DNA of 64,000 bases, taken from Chthoniobacteraceae bacterium (lineage in GTDB: Bacteria; Verrucomicrobiota; Verrucomicrobiia; Chthoniobacterales; Chthoniobacteraceae). The notes under the pieces were generated by a model, which had not been told where the DNA came from, made no database searches, and saw only the letters and a list, made by a program, of their open reading frames with translations. The stretch spans positions 1-64,000 of the forward strand of contig JBEBGD010000016.1 of the NCBI GenBank assembly GCA_040081625.1. The letters run 5' to 3'. Below, one piece after another: positions 37,901-46,400 of this stretch. Within the stretch, counting starts at the first letter, position 1; each line of letters opens with the position of its first letter. Both the position numbers and the translations under genes were made by a program.

Positions 37901-40467
37901 TAGTAGAGCCACACCTGGTTGACCTGGAACTGGTAGGCCGTCTTCACCTTCACGGTGATCGCCTGTCCGCTCGCATTGTCCGGGCCGGGCGAAAACTGCG
38001 CGCCGCCGATGTCGCGATTCACCGCCGGATCGTGATACACGTAGGTCGCCGTGCCCGCGTTGCTGTTCGTGCCGGCGCCGTTGTTGATCGTGAATCCCTC
38101 GGTGCCAATCGTGCAGCGATACGTCTCCGCGCCGGGCGAGCCGATGACGTTTCGCGACACGCTCTTCGCTGCAAACTTCTCCGCGGCGCGCCGCACGAAC
38201 TGCATCTGCTCGAAGCCGAGAAACGTATCGGTCGAGATCGTCGGCGGGCGGTCGCGCTTGTCGCCCGTCGTCGGCCCGAGTGGGATGTGCGAGTTGATGT
38301 CCACGCCTCCGTCGAGCGCCATGAGGATGTTCTCCGCGGAGCCGTCGGCGCGCGCGATGAACCTGAGGTTCGCGCCGTCCGTCACGCGTGGGATCGCGAT
38401 GCTGTATTTGTAGTCGGTCGTGTTTGCGTCCGGCAGGTTGTAGGGATTGAAGGCCTTGTCGCCGTCCCGCCCGTCCTTCCGCTCGACCGTCACCGTGCCG
38501 ACGTTCCCGCCATTCTGCTGGATCGTGATCGGCGCGACCGACGAACCCGCGAACACGTTCGTCTGCTCCGGGCTGCGCCACGAAAAGGCGAAGTAACCGC
38601 CTGGCGGGACGACGACCTCCTTGAGGTTCGACGCATAGCTGTAAAAGCCGCCGCCGTAGGTCGAGTAGTTGAAGAGATAGGCGTCGTTCGATGTCCCGCC
38701 CTGCGCGCCAAAGCCCACCGTAGCGCCGGCCGCCTCCGGCTTGTCGTTGATCTTGCGCCCGTTGGAATAGTTGTCGTTGAGGAGGAAGATCATCGTCGCG
38801 CCGTCCGCTTCGCTCATCCCGCCGTTTTCGCGCTTGTCCACGCGCAGATAGGCGACCAAGTCCTCATCGCTCCACACGCCGCGCTGATCGCCCCGGGCGA
38901 AGTGATTGTGGATGTAGCAGAGATTCGGCAACCGCCCGTCGTCGTATTGGCCGAGGAAGTTCGTGTTCGCGAGCCGCGGAAAAGCGCCACCGCTCTGGCT
39001 GAGAACGCCTGCGTGGTTATTGCCGTCCGTATAGACCAGTGGCAGTCCGGCGCGCGTGAAGTAGTAGGCGTGCTGGAGTTCGCGACGCGCGGCGTAGTCG
39101 TTGTCGTGGCTTTGCGCGTGCGTCACACCGAGGCTCGCCGCGAAGCCGCCCGCGCCCGGCTGATCGAATCCCTGCAAGCCGCTCGAGGGATTGCCCAGCT
39201 TGCTGTTCAACTCGTTGCGCAGGTCGTTGTCCACGAGCCGCATCCCCGCATCCCAGTAGCCGCCAAAGCCCGGCGGCTGCCCCAGGTGCTCGCCAAACAT
39301 CATCGCATCGTCGCGCCCCTGCTCGGTGTCGAAGACCGTGTCGCGGTGATTGTCCCAGTCGCTGAAGCCGCGCGTGAGATTGAACTGCTCCTGCGACTGC
39401 CCGAGGTAGCCCGCGCTCGACTTGTCCTTATCCGAGCCACTCATCTGACCGAAGAAATAATCCGGCACGTGCTTCACCGCGTCGAGCCGCAGACCATCGA
39501 CGTGCGTGCGATCCATCAGCCAGCGCGACGCGCGGATGAGCATCGCATTCACGTCCTCCACCACGGGGTTGCCCATGTTGTATTTCCCGTCGCCGAAGCC
39601 GAACGCCGGGGTCTGTCGCGATGGATTCGCGGGATCGACACCCGTGTCGGTGAAGGGCTCGCTCGCCTCGCCGGCGTCGTGCTGGCCGTTGCTGTTCGCA
39701 TCCACGAAATCGAAGCGCCCGTTGCCCGCCGAGTTCGCGACGCCCGCGACGCCGATGTCCTGCCACGGCTCCTTGTTTGCGAACGTATAAACCGTGAACG
39801 ACCCGCCGGTATTCGACACGGTAATCGGCAGGTCGGTATCGAGGTAATAGTCCGGGTTGTTCGGCTGCCGCACGAAGGAGATCTTCGGGATGTCGTCGCC
39901 TTCGTTGCGTCCGTGGTTCGTGTTCGGCGACTCGTGCGCGATGTCGATGAGATCGGCGAGCCCGAGATTCTGCACCTGCCACGCCGAGTTCCAGTCGCGG
40001 GTGTTGTCCCACTTCCGGTAAAATCCATCCTCGGTCACGCGGAGGTGAAAATCCTCCGGCACGAAGCCCGGATACGCGTCGATCGGCGTCGTGGCGTTGA
40101 AGCCCGGCACGTCGAACGCATTATGATTCATGATGTTGTCGAAATAGACGCGGATGCCGAAGCGGTGCGCCGTCTCGATCATCACGCGCAAGTCCGCCTC
40201 GGTGCCGTAGCGCGTGCGCACCGTGCCGCGCTGCTCCTTCCCGCCGAGGTCGAAGCGGTCGAACAAATCGTAGCCGACCGAAAGCCCGCCGGAGCCCTTC
40301 GTCGGCGGTGGCACCCAGAGCGAGTTGTAGCCCGCTTCCGCGAGCTCCGGGATTCGCGCCGTGAGTTCGCGCCAGTCCGTGTTGAAATACTGGAGCATCG
40401 CCTCCGCGCGTGCGGACTGCGCGGCGAGCAGCAGCGCGAGCAGCAGGAGGGCGAGCGTCTTCCTCAC
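31936..40467 (-). CDS. 2843-aa secreted GH13 + GH57-like multidomain alpha-glucanase
   Basis: GTG start overlapping the upstream TGA; signal peptide; GH13 SVGYDLFDRFDLG, RYGTEADL, DNIMNH, DGLRLDAVKH, FGEH, SHDND; many DxDGDG Ca-binding repeats; DOMON-like module; GH57-like HGNQ, WNPERV; DVDLDGENE beta-domain; RFYKIEI terminus. Confidence 0.88.
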   Translation of the reverse strand: MRKTLALLLLALLLAAQSARAEAMLQYFNTDWRELTARIPELAEAGYNSLWVPPPTKGSGGLSVGYDLFDRFDLGGKEQRGTVRTRYGTEADLRVMIETAHRFGIRVYFDNIMNHNAFDVPGFNATTPIDAYPGFVPEDFHLRVTEDGFYRKWDNTRDWNSAWQVQNLGLADLIDIAHESPNTNHGRNEGDDIPKISFVRQPNNPDYYLDTDLPITVSNTGGSFTVYTFANKEPWQDIGVAGVANSAGNGRFDFVDANSNGQHDAGEASEPFTDTGVDPANPSRQTPAFGFGDGKYNMGNPVVEDVNAMLIRASRWLMDRTHVDGLRLDAVKHVPDYFFGQMSGSDKDKSSAGYLGQSQEQFNLTRGFSDWDNHRDTVFDTEQGRDDAMMFGEHLGQPPGFGGYWDAGMRLVDNDLRNELNSKLGNPSSGLQGFDQPGAGGFAASLGVTHAQSHDNDYAARRELQHAYYFTRAGLPLVYTDGNNHAGVLSQSGGAFPRLANTNFLGQYDDGRLPNLCYIHNHFARGDQRGVWSDEDLVAYLRVDKRENGGMSEADGATMIFLLNDNYSNGRKINDKPEAAGATVGFGAQGGTSNDAYLFNYSTYGGGFYSYASNLKEVVVPPGGYFAFSWRSPEQTNVFAGSSVAPITIQQNGGNVGTVTVERKDGRDGDKAFNPYNLPDANTTDYKYSIAIPRVTDGANLRFIARADGSAENILMALDGGVDINSHIPLGPTTGDKRDRPPTISTDTFLGFEQMQFVRRAAEKFAAKSVSRNVIGSPGAETYRCTIGTEGFTINNGAGTNSNAGTATYVYHDPAVNRDIGGAQFSPGPDNASGQAITVKVKTAYQFQVNQVWLYYTTDSSAPEGSGGLGKGTTQVVAMAYQEHGLPDGSSITDWWTGTIPAQASGTVLRYKVGALNTTAGSVFPSGAPEVDLKKRMETVFQIPNFNATTAKVRTHNDYSEERTGLAEGFHMLRARAFLSRSGKASIYNTWTQTFYYDTQTPGGEIKFPANNGDTVGGQQYGCVVRTDPSVTEVWVHIDDGDATNNDSATGGQAGNGAGPEPFADANGNGVRDTTEAFTDINANGVFDANVPSAWMKVNEVTPSLNIASAFPREWRFNYRNVPASGTATIKVRLLEVSSSRNMSLSAAGAHVTELTRTVNAAGPNLRMFVAYPQQDGQTVGEGYVMKVRFTDSLANGLTEAQLRARLVVEIASGESGSLAGAVVQSAQTLPIIYNAAPGFHDFQFALPNLYNGVPDFLHTVRVTMNRPSPDTDLVTTREVRAEITQPAVFVSINNPPEIDSDGKKYEIVLPAVAVPTPEQRSFTIEVETGSEATAVAIAFQDNAGTATLISDGTPNPQTQGNHLFWRFLWSNITAGSFAFTANVQTDGDPEPEGTQTRNTTVVFRQIVASNEADEDDDEDGLGDLGEATITPLPAGNSETWTNGQVHVHHAYGGSNPLSPDSDGDGLPDGLEVGWRTAANPPTNPATDTDGDGFPNFIGDLDPPFYNTTDNVGKVPGVNTVAEGGDRAAQRAGSVTNPNNPDTDGDGISDGVEDANRNGWVNGDGKLLQPATTNFATDRPGGVASTDWPNNKMDAGETWTETSPTKADSDEDGLNDGFGEDKDFDGLIAGDTNNNRIHDTGELWTETDPLNADTDGDDLPDGWEVRFGLDPLDDGTLNMRTGGPGVAANGASGDPDNDGFINSIELTNGTDPKSPNTGVPPPPNSIVIGPQTPVIVGGVSNAKEFTDWTSDDLIAFDEYDGDGPNNQGSDIYHRNDGFDSSRDIVAFYAHDGGAIASGGDGNFYFRIDLRDLKPFAEDGGLDAYVVIDTGNPASGEYALPDQVDVATEMRWEAVVAAYSGNNGRVYVDTNNASNTVSINQSPASFGVVARDQNAANGFKKAYFNSDLDAVEFSISRQALLDAGWNGLNPAQLNYQVFTTKDGTANSPVGPGDIGGRNDIRDTITDDFLASDYYADQNFLSQSVNSVLRGKLGAGATNDRGKRAKVITLIHGNQAIVPASNVQALINNAAGAGFHRPLDVHEAYGARAAMHITPTLASAIQWAKVDPVSPRQYRDGPAFNTRIKTLSQAGVLGLIGSTFSDHVLDYFSPTFNASNIGLANEFLGTIYGNTHSTQVLWNPERVANHATLTGIGGLGYGYTFIDQMRHLMKWFGRNSALGNDGYRLNEINGVKCFVINDQASNYRFSNTDGGAALSLRDLLHRKARSGTQDQVVILFSNWEDFTDKTKADAYDRNIRWLASRPWTQLVTPAQIAGGQVDLSQPPDGLGDAWGTVARGTQTALAKTAHDFIDHATQESYDNWFNGQSGREESLRDKRFDIRAGVQLPVGKEFGSVALGTGASGASWAEVLTTGASGLSKLARGTAGAAAFETAFHNQTSSDLRKFSTGAYIVPDTSFQNLAGFSKTAQAQFRFAAVFKRVDTWAAAATAGAYNATALTESGDVDLDGENEHLIFNDRVFAVFERLGGRMTGAWARDIHSGEVLQVAGNLLSYAGSESEVEGATNITGGAVNAHRVSGFRDQFAQTGGAGVGTTNYVNDRYSAALAPVGAGWVFTSSDGKIAKTITLAPRATHLRASYALSGDVNTLYVRFGLSPNLQDLLLNGQANLATANDAAHNEFNAYNQGATTSVRAFVRYGSGTSLQAAAVDRDSGVEFDTINMRNLAQTQQVEVFGGNGMAFSLGMQTGATISADSDGDGLPDWWESLHGLDPNSATGINGGSGDFDSDGKTNAQEFIIGTNPATLDFIQPAVAIGAGGGGTFTLTFPTLRDRLYRIYFTDELGQAFAPVTPDIPGFGAIINWTDNGSQTGGLPSGGNRFYKIEIRLPEPE

Positions 40468-43400
40468 GGCGACGTGGCCCGGGCCCGGACGAACTGCTGC
40501 GCGCCGGAGCGGGGGATGCGCGCGCGGATATTTCGCACGCCGCCCGCGGTCGAGAGCACTTCGTAGGTGATGCCGCTGCTCGTCCACGTGCCCGTGCCCA
40601 GCGTCGGCGAAGTCTCCACCCAATACGTCACGTCTTCCGCGGCCACGTTCACCGGGAAATCGAGGAAGATCGCATCGACATCGAGCGAGCTGATCGCCAC
40701 CGGCGACGCTCCGGGCGACTTCGGCGGCAGCCGGAAGACGAACTCGCCGAAGTTATTCATGCCGTCGTGATCCGGGTCCGCGGCGTCGCCGCTGATCTGC
40801 GGATCGGCCAGCTCACCGGCGGTGAACTCCGCCGTGCGCCACACCGAGAGGGGTGAGGCGGTCGTGGTGAAGTTGCGCGTCATCTTCGCGCTCCACTCGC
40901 TGTTTGCGTCGGCGCTGGAATCCTTGTGCCGCACGCGAAGCTGATACGCCGCGCCCCAGTCGAGCGTCGCGCGTCCAGCGAGCGCGCCCTCGAACGCGCC
41001 GTCGGCGAGCGTCGCGTCGAGAAGCTGCGCGCCGGTCTGGTTCAGCGCGCTCCACACGCGCTGTGGTGTCGCTACGGTCGTCCAGACTTCCCAGTCCGTC
41101 GCCGCGTGCGTGTGCCCCGCGTCCTGATCCGCGAACGCGCCGCTCTGCATCGCGAGCGAGGCCGCGCTCACCGCAGTCGCGCCGGTCGGCAGATTGATCA
41201 GCGGCACGAGCGGTCGATGATTCGCGCCGCCCGCGATCTGGTGCAGGCGCGTCGCGGGGATGATCTGCTTCGGCTGGCTCGCGCTCGCCCAAAAGAGCCG
41301 GGCCTCTCCGTCGAAGGCGCCGTCGAAGTAGTGCATCTCCAGGTCGTAGTATTGCCCCGCGACGAGCGTGATCGTGCCGCTCACTTCCGTCGCCGCCTGG
41401 CCGATCCACTGATCGACGAGCAGTTGCCCGTTCACCCACAGCCGCGCGCCGTCGTCGGTGCGCGTGGTGAAAGTGTAGGTCTCGCTGAACTGCGGCCTCA
41501 CCCGCGCGCGCCAGCGCACCGAGAAATTGTCGTTGCCCGCGCCGGGATAAAGCTCGCCGCCGCCGAACCCGAAATCGATCGTCGTGTCCGTGCGCGTGAG
41601 CGGCGTGCCGACGAGGCGGAACGATGTGTCGTTCGGGTAATATTCGCCGCTGATGCCGGTGGGCAGCGCGCTCGTCGAGGTCGTGAAGTTTCGCAGGCCA
41701 TACGCGCTCCACTCGCTGTTCGCCGCGCCGCTGTTGTCCTTGTGCCGCACGCGGAGCTGATAGGCCGTTTCATTCGCCAGCGCGGTGAAGCCCGGCTCGA
41801 ACGTGCCGCTGCCCAGCGTCGCATTCGTGCCGGTCGCGTTGAGCGCCTTCCACGCGCGCTCGATCGTGCCGCTCGTCGTCCAGATTTCCCAATCCGTCGC
41901 CGCGTGCGTCTGCCCGGCATCGACATCCTGGAAGGCGGCCGTCTGCATCACGATGCCGGACGGATCGGCGAGCTCGCCATCCACCGAGGGCAGCGTCACG
42001 ACCGGCGTGCGCGGGCGGTGATTCGTCCCGCCGGCGGGCGCAAAGAGCACGGTGCCCGGCACGATCTGCTCGGCCTGGCTCGCGCTGCTCCAGAACAACC
42101 GCGCGACCGCGTCGCCGAAGTTGTCGAAGTAGTGCATCTCGAATTCATAGAGCTGCCCGGCGTTGAGCGTGATGTTTCCGTTCCAGCTCGTCGTGCCCTG
42201 GTTCACCCACTTGTCGATGATGAGCTGCCCGTTCACCCACAGCCGCACGCCGTCGTCGGTCTCGGTGCGGAAGGTGTAGGTCTCCGTGAACTGCGGCTTG
42301 ATCCGTCCGCGCCAGCGCACGCTGAAGTTGTCGTTCGGGATCCCCGCCATCGGGCTGCCCTGCGCCCAGTCGAACTGGATGTTCGCATCCGCCCGCGTCT
42401 GCGGCGTGCCGCTCATCGTGAGGTTCGGCCAATACTCCGCGTCGAGCCCGAGCGGGCCGTCGGCGCTCACGAAGATCTCGTTGAACGCCGTGAAACCGAT
42501 CGCGCTGGTGCTGTCCGTCGCCTTCGCCATGACCGAGTGCGCGCCGGCGCTCGCGGTGGTCCAGGTGAACTCGAACGGCGGGCTCGTGTCCGTGCCGATG
42601 GAGATGAAGCCGTCGAAGAACTCGACCTGCGTGATCGTCGCGCCGCCGGTCGTCGTGTTCGCATTTGCGGCAAAGGCGATCGAGGCCGCGGCCGCGCCGT
42701 AGTGCGTGCTCAGGTGCGCGGGGCTGTTGAGTGTCACGTTTACCGCGCTCGCGACGGACGAGATTTCGATGAAGCTGAGCTTCGTGTTCGAGCCGCCCGC
42801 GCCCTGCGCGAGAGTCAGCGTGCCGTCGGTCACGGTCACGTTCGCGGTCGCCTCGATGAACGGATTCTGCGCCGTCGGCGTGCCGCTGAGGAAGGTGCCG
42901 CCTTCCGCGGTGACGACGTGCGTGCTGTCGGTCGTCAGCGGATCGCCGCAGACCAGATGCACGCTGTAGGTCCCATTCGGAACCGCGATCTCCCAGGTGC
43001 GCGCGGTGGGCACCGACGAGTGCTTCATGTGGTTGAAGGTGTCGTAGCGCTGGTCGGGCGAGGCGGCGTTGTTGCGGTCGCGCGCGAAGGCTGTGTTGTC
43101 CTCGCTCCAGCCGTAGGTGAAGCCGTTGCCGCGGGCGCCATAGGTCGCGCCGGTGTCGGCGAGGTAGCCATCGGGGATCGGCGCGCCGGCGGGTTGGAAA
43201 TTGAGGTGCAGCGCGAGCGCCAGTCCGCTCGAGGAGACGCTCACGTTGTCGAAAAGCGCCGTCGCGGTCTGGGTGTTGTTGTGCGCCGTCACCGCGAGGC
43301 CGATGTAAGCCGTCGCACTCATCGCGATGGTCGTGCTTCCCACCTGCGTCCACGCGCCGGGCGTGCTCGCGATGTAGCCGGTGAGCACGTCGCCCTGCCG

Positions 43401-46400
43401 CCGGATGCGCACGTAGTAGGGCGCGAACTGATCCGGCCCGTCGGTGTAGCTCGTGCCGCCGTTCGTCGCCGTGCGCCATTGGAGCTGCGAACCGTGCGCG
43501 CTCATCAGCGTCGTGAACGCGTTCTTCGATCCCGAGTCGAGCGTCTCGCGGATCATCACGCCGGCCTTCGTGTAGGGATCGGTGGCCGAGAGCGACTGCA
43601 CGCGCGCGACGATCTCGCCGTCGCCCGTGAGCGGCTGGTAGGTGAAATGGAACGCGTCCGAGTTGCCTTCGATGTCCGCGCCGCTCGCGGACGTGATGAA
43701 CGTGCCCGACGAGGTCTGATACGTCGCATCGCCCGCGAAGCCGACGCTGCCAATGTCGGTGTGCAACCACGGCGACGGCAGGGGATCGGCGGGCGGCTGC
43801 ACGACTTCGGCGATCCACGCCTCGAGCATCGCGATGGCGCTCTGGTCCACGAGGTTCTTCGCGAGCGGCGGCATCTTGTGCGTCTCCGTCGCGGTGGCCA
43901 TTCGCTTATACATCATCGACTGATCGACGCTGTCCGGCACGAGCACCTTCGCGCCGCTGGTGCCGAAGGTCTCCTGCACGATGCCGTTGACGATGCCGGC
44001 GCTGCCGAGCGGCGTCTCGAGGCGCGCATCCCAGAACGCATGGACGCCGCCGGGCCGGTGGCAGTGCGCGCAGTTCGAGTCGAGATACGAGCGCATCCGG
44101 TGCTCGACCGTCGCTCCCGTGTCGCCCAGCGCGGCCATCTTCGTGAGCCCCGGGATCGTCGCCTCGAAGGCGCTTTCGCTCAGGCCGGTGTCGAGGTAGC
44201 CGGCGTGATTCCACGCGCGGAGCTGGTTGTCGTTCACGCCCGTCTCCGCGAAGACGCGCTGAAGATTGCTGATCTGCGTGTTCACGCCGAGCACGCCGGT
44301 GGAGACATTCGTGTGGCAGGTCAGGCAGTCCTGCCGGCCGGGAAAATACCACGGCTGCGTGCGGTCGATGTTGAAGTGGAAGCGCGCCGTCGTCTGCGTG
44401 CTGGCGCTGTGGCTGGTCACCGCCATGCCGAAGTAGATCGTGCCCGGCAGCGCGAGCGTCTTCGTGGCGTAGAGCGTCCAGTTCACGCCGTCGCGGCTGT
44501 GGTAGGCGGTGAAGTCGTTGCCCGCGCGCTTGAGCCGCAGCCACGCGTTCGGATACCGCACCGCCGGCTGAGGCGAAGCGGGATAGATCGCCGCGCTCGC
44601 TCCGCCGTTGGTGTCGCGCGACTGGAACTCGTAGCCGCCCGTGTTGTTGTTGCGCGCCTCGTTCGTCGGGAAGACGAGCGCCATCACGTTGCGCGAGTTC
44701 GCGGCGAGGGACTCACGCGCCATCAGGCCCGCCTTCGTGTAGAGGTCCGCGCGATCGAGCGACTCGAGGCGCGCGGCGATGTCGAAATCGCCCGTCTTCT
44801 GCGTATGCACGAAGCGGAACTGATCGCTCGTGCCGAAGATGTCCGTGCCGCCCGCGGTGACGGCGTAGCCGCCGTTGAAGCCCGCAGTCGCGCCGGCGCT
44901 CGGCCCGCCGATGTCGGTGCTCGTGAGCGTGCCGAGGCTGACGCTGCCGGTGATCGCCACGTCCTCGGTGACGCCGCTCGTGATAAGGTCCGCGTCGGAG
45001 TGATCCGCGCGCCATTTATACGTCATGCCATAGACGTAGCCGTCGGCGTTGCGCACGAGCACGCGCGTCTCGAGCCGCTTTTTGATCGCCGGGTTGTTGT
45101 CGTCGATCGGGAGGTCGAAGTGCTTGAGGAAGACGGAGCCGTTCGGGAAGGCCCAGTCGCCCGTCGCCGCGTAGCCGATCTGCTGGCCGGTCGGGACTCC
45201 GAACCAGCGTTTCTTGTCCGCGCGATCGCTCCACAGCGGATTGATCACGTCGTAGGCGGTGAAGCCGGAGTTGGGCGTGAGGGTCGCGAGGTTCGACATG
45301 AGCCCGGTCGCCGAAAGCGTCGCAGGCAGCGCGGGCGGCGGTGTGCCGGTGCGCGAGAGCTTGAAGATCTTCCCGCCGCTGCTCGACATCTGGCAGAGGT
45401 AGAGCTCGTTGTCCGCATCGACGCCGAAGCTCGAGAGGCCGACGTAGTTTGAGCCGCTGCTCGGGCCGCCGCCGTTCGGGAGCTGCGCGAGCGCGACCTT
45501 CGTAGCGGGTGTGGTGCTCTCGTCGAGATACCAGACGGTGCCGGTGCCGTTGTCGCCGAAGATGTATTTGCCGCCGAGGTCCGCGGCGAACTCCGTGCCG
45601 CGATAGACGTAGCCGCCGATGACGGCGCTGCCTTCGCTGTGCGAGTAGGAGATCGCCGGTCGCCGGTTCGTGCCGATGAAGGGCTGCGTGAGATCGCCCG
45701 TGCTGCCCTCGAAGCGATCCCACTGGAAATTGAGCGCGCTCTCGCCCGCGCCGATCACGTCGATTTCCTCCCAGTTCGCGAGGCCGACGTCGCCGATGAA
45801 GATGCGCCCCGTCACGGGATCGCACGTCATCCGGTGCGGGCTGCGCAGGCCGATCGAGAAGAACTCCTCGAGCACGCCCGACTGGCCGACGAACGGGTTG
45901 TCATTGGGGATGTAGTAATTCTGCGCCACCGAGCCGGCCGGCTGCGGCAGCCGCGGGATCGGGTGCGAGATGCCGCCGCCGCGCTGGTCCACGTCGATGC
46001 GCAGCACGCCGCTGTAGAGCCCGCGGTTGATGATCTGCGTGTTCACCGAGGATTGCGCGTCGTCGCCGTTGGTGAGGTAGAGGAAGCCGTTCGCCGGGTG
46101 GAAGAACATGCCGCCGCCGTTGTGCCAGATGCTCGCGCTGACCTGGTCGATGAAGATGGTCTCGCTGTTCGGGTCGATCGTGCCGTCGAGGTTCACCGTG
46201 AACCGCGCGAGCCGGTCGCGGCACGGCGTGAAGGTCGGCGGGCGCGAAGTCGCAGAGCCGGCGACGGTGCCCGGGGTGACCCACGTGTAATATAAGAACA
46301 CGTAGCGGTTGTTCGTCGGCCCGGTGCCGAAGTTCGGATGGAAGGCGAGCGCGAGCAGGCCCGAGTCGTCCCAGCCCTGGCATCTGTTCGAGATGTCGAG

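Noticed and set aside
40926..45452. Very long plus-strand ORFs (1508 aa here; also 28850-31972, 32305-35043, 37600-40566, 4650-6761, 9186-11348)
   Set aside because: Antisense shadows of real genes. They are Arg/Ala/Val-rich with no motifs, as expected from strong GC3 bias leaving few stops on the opposite strand.
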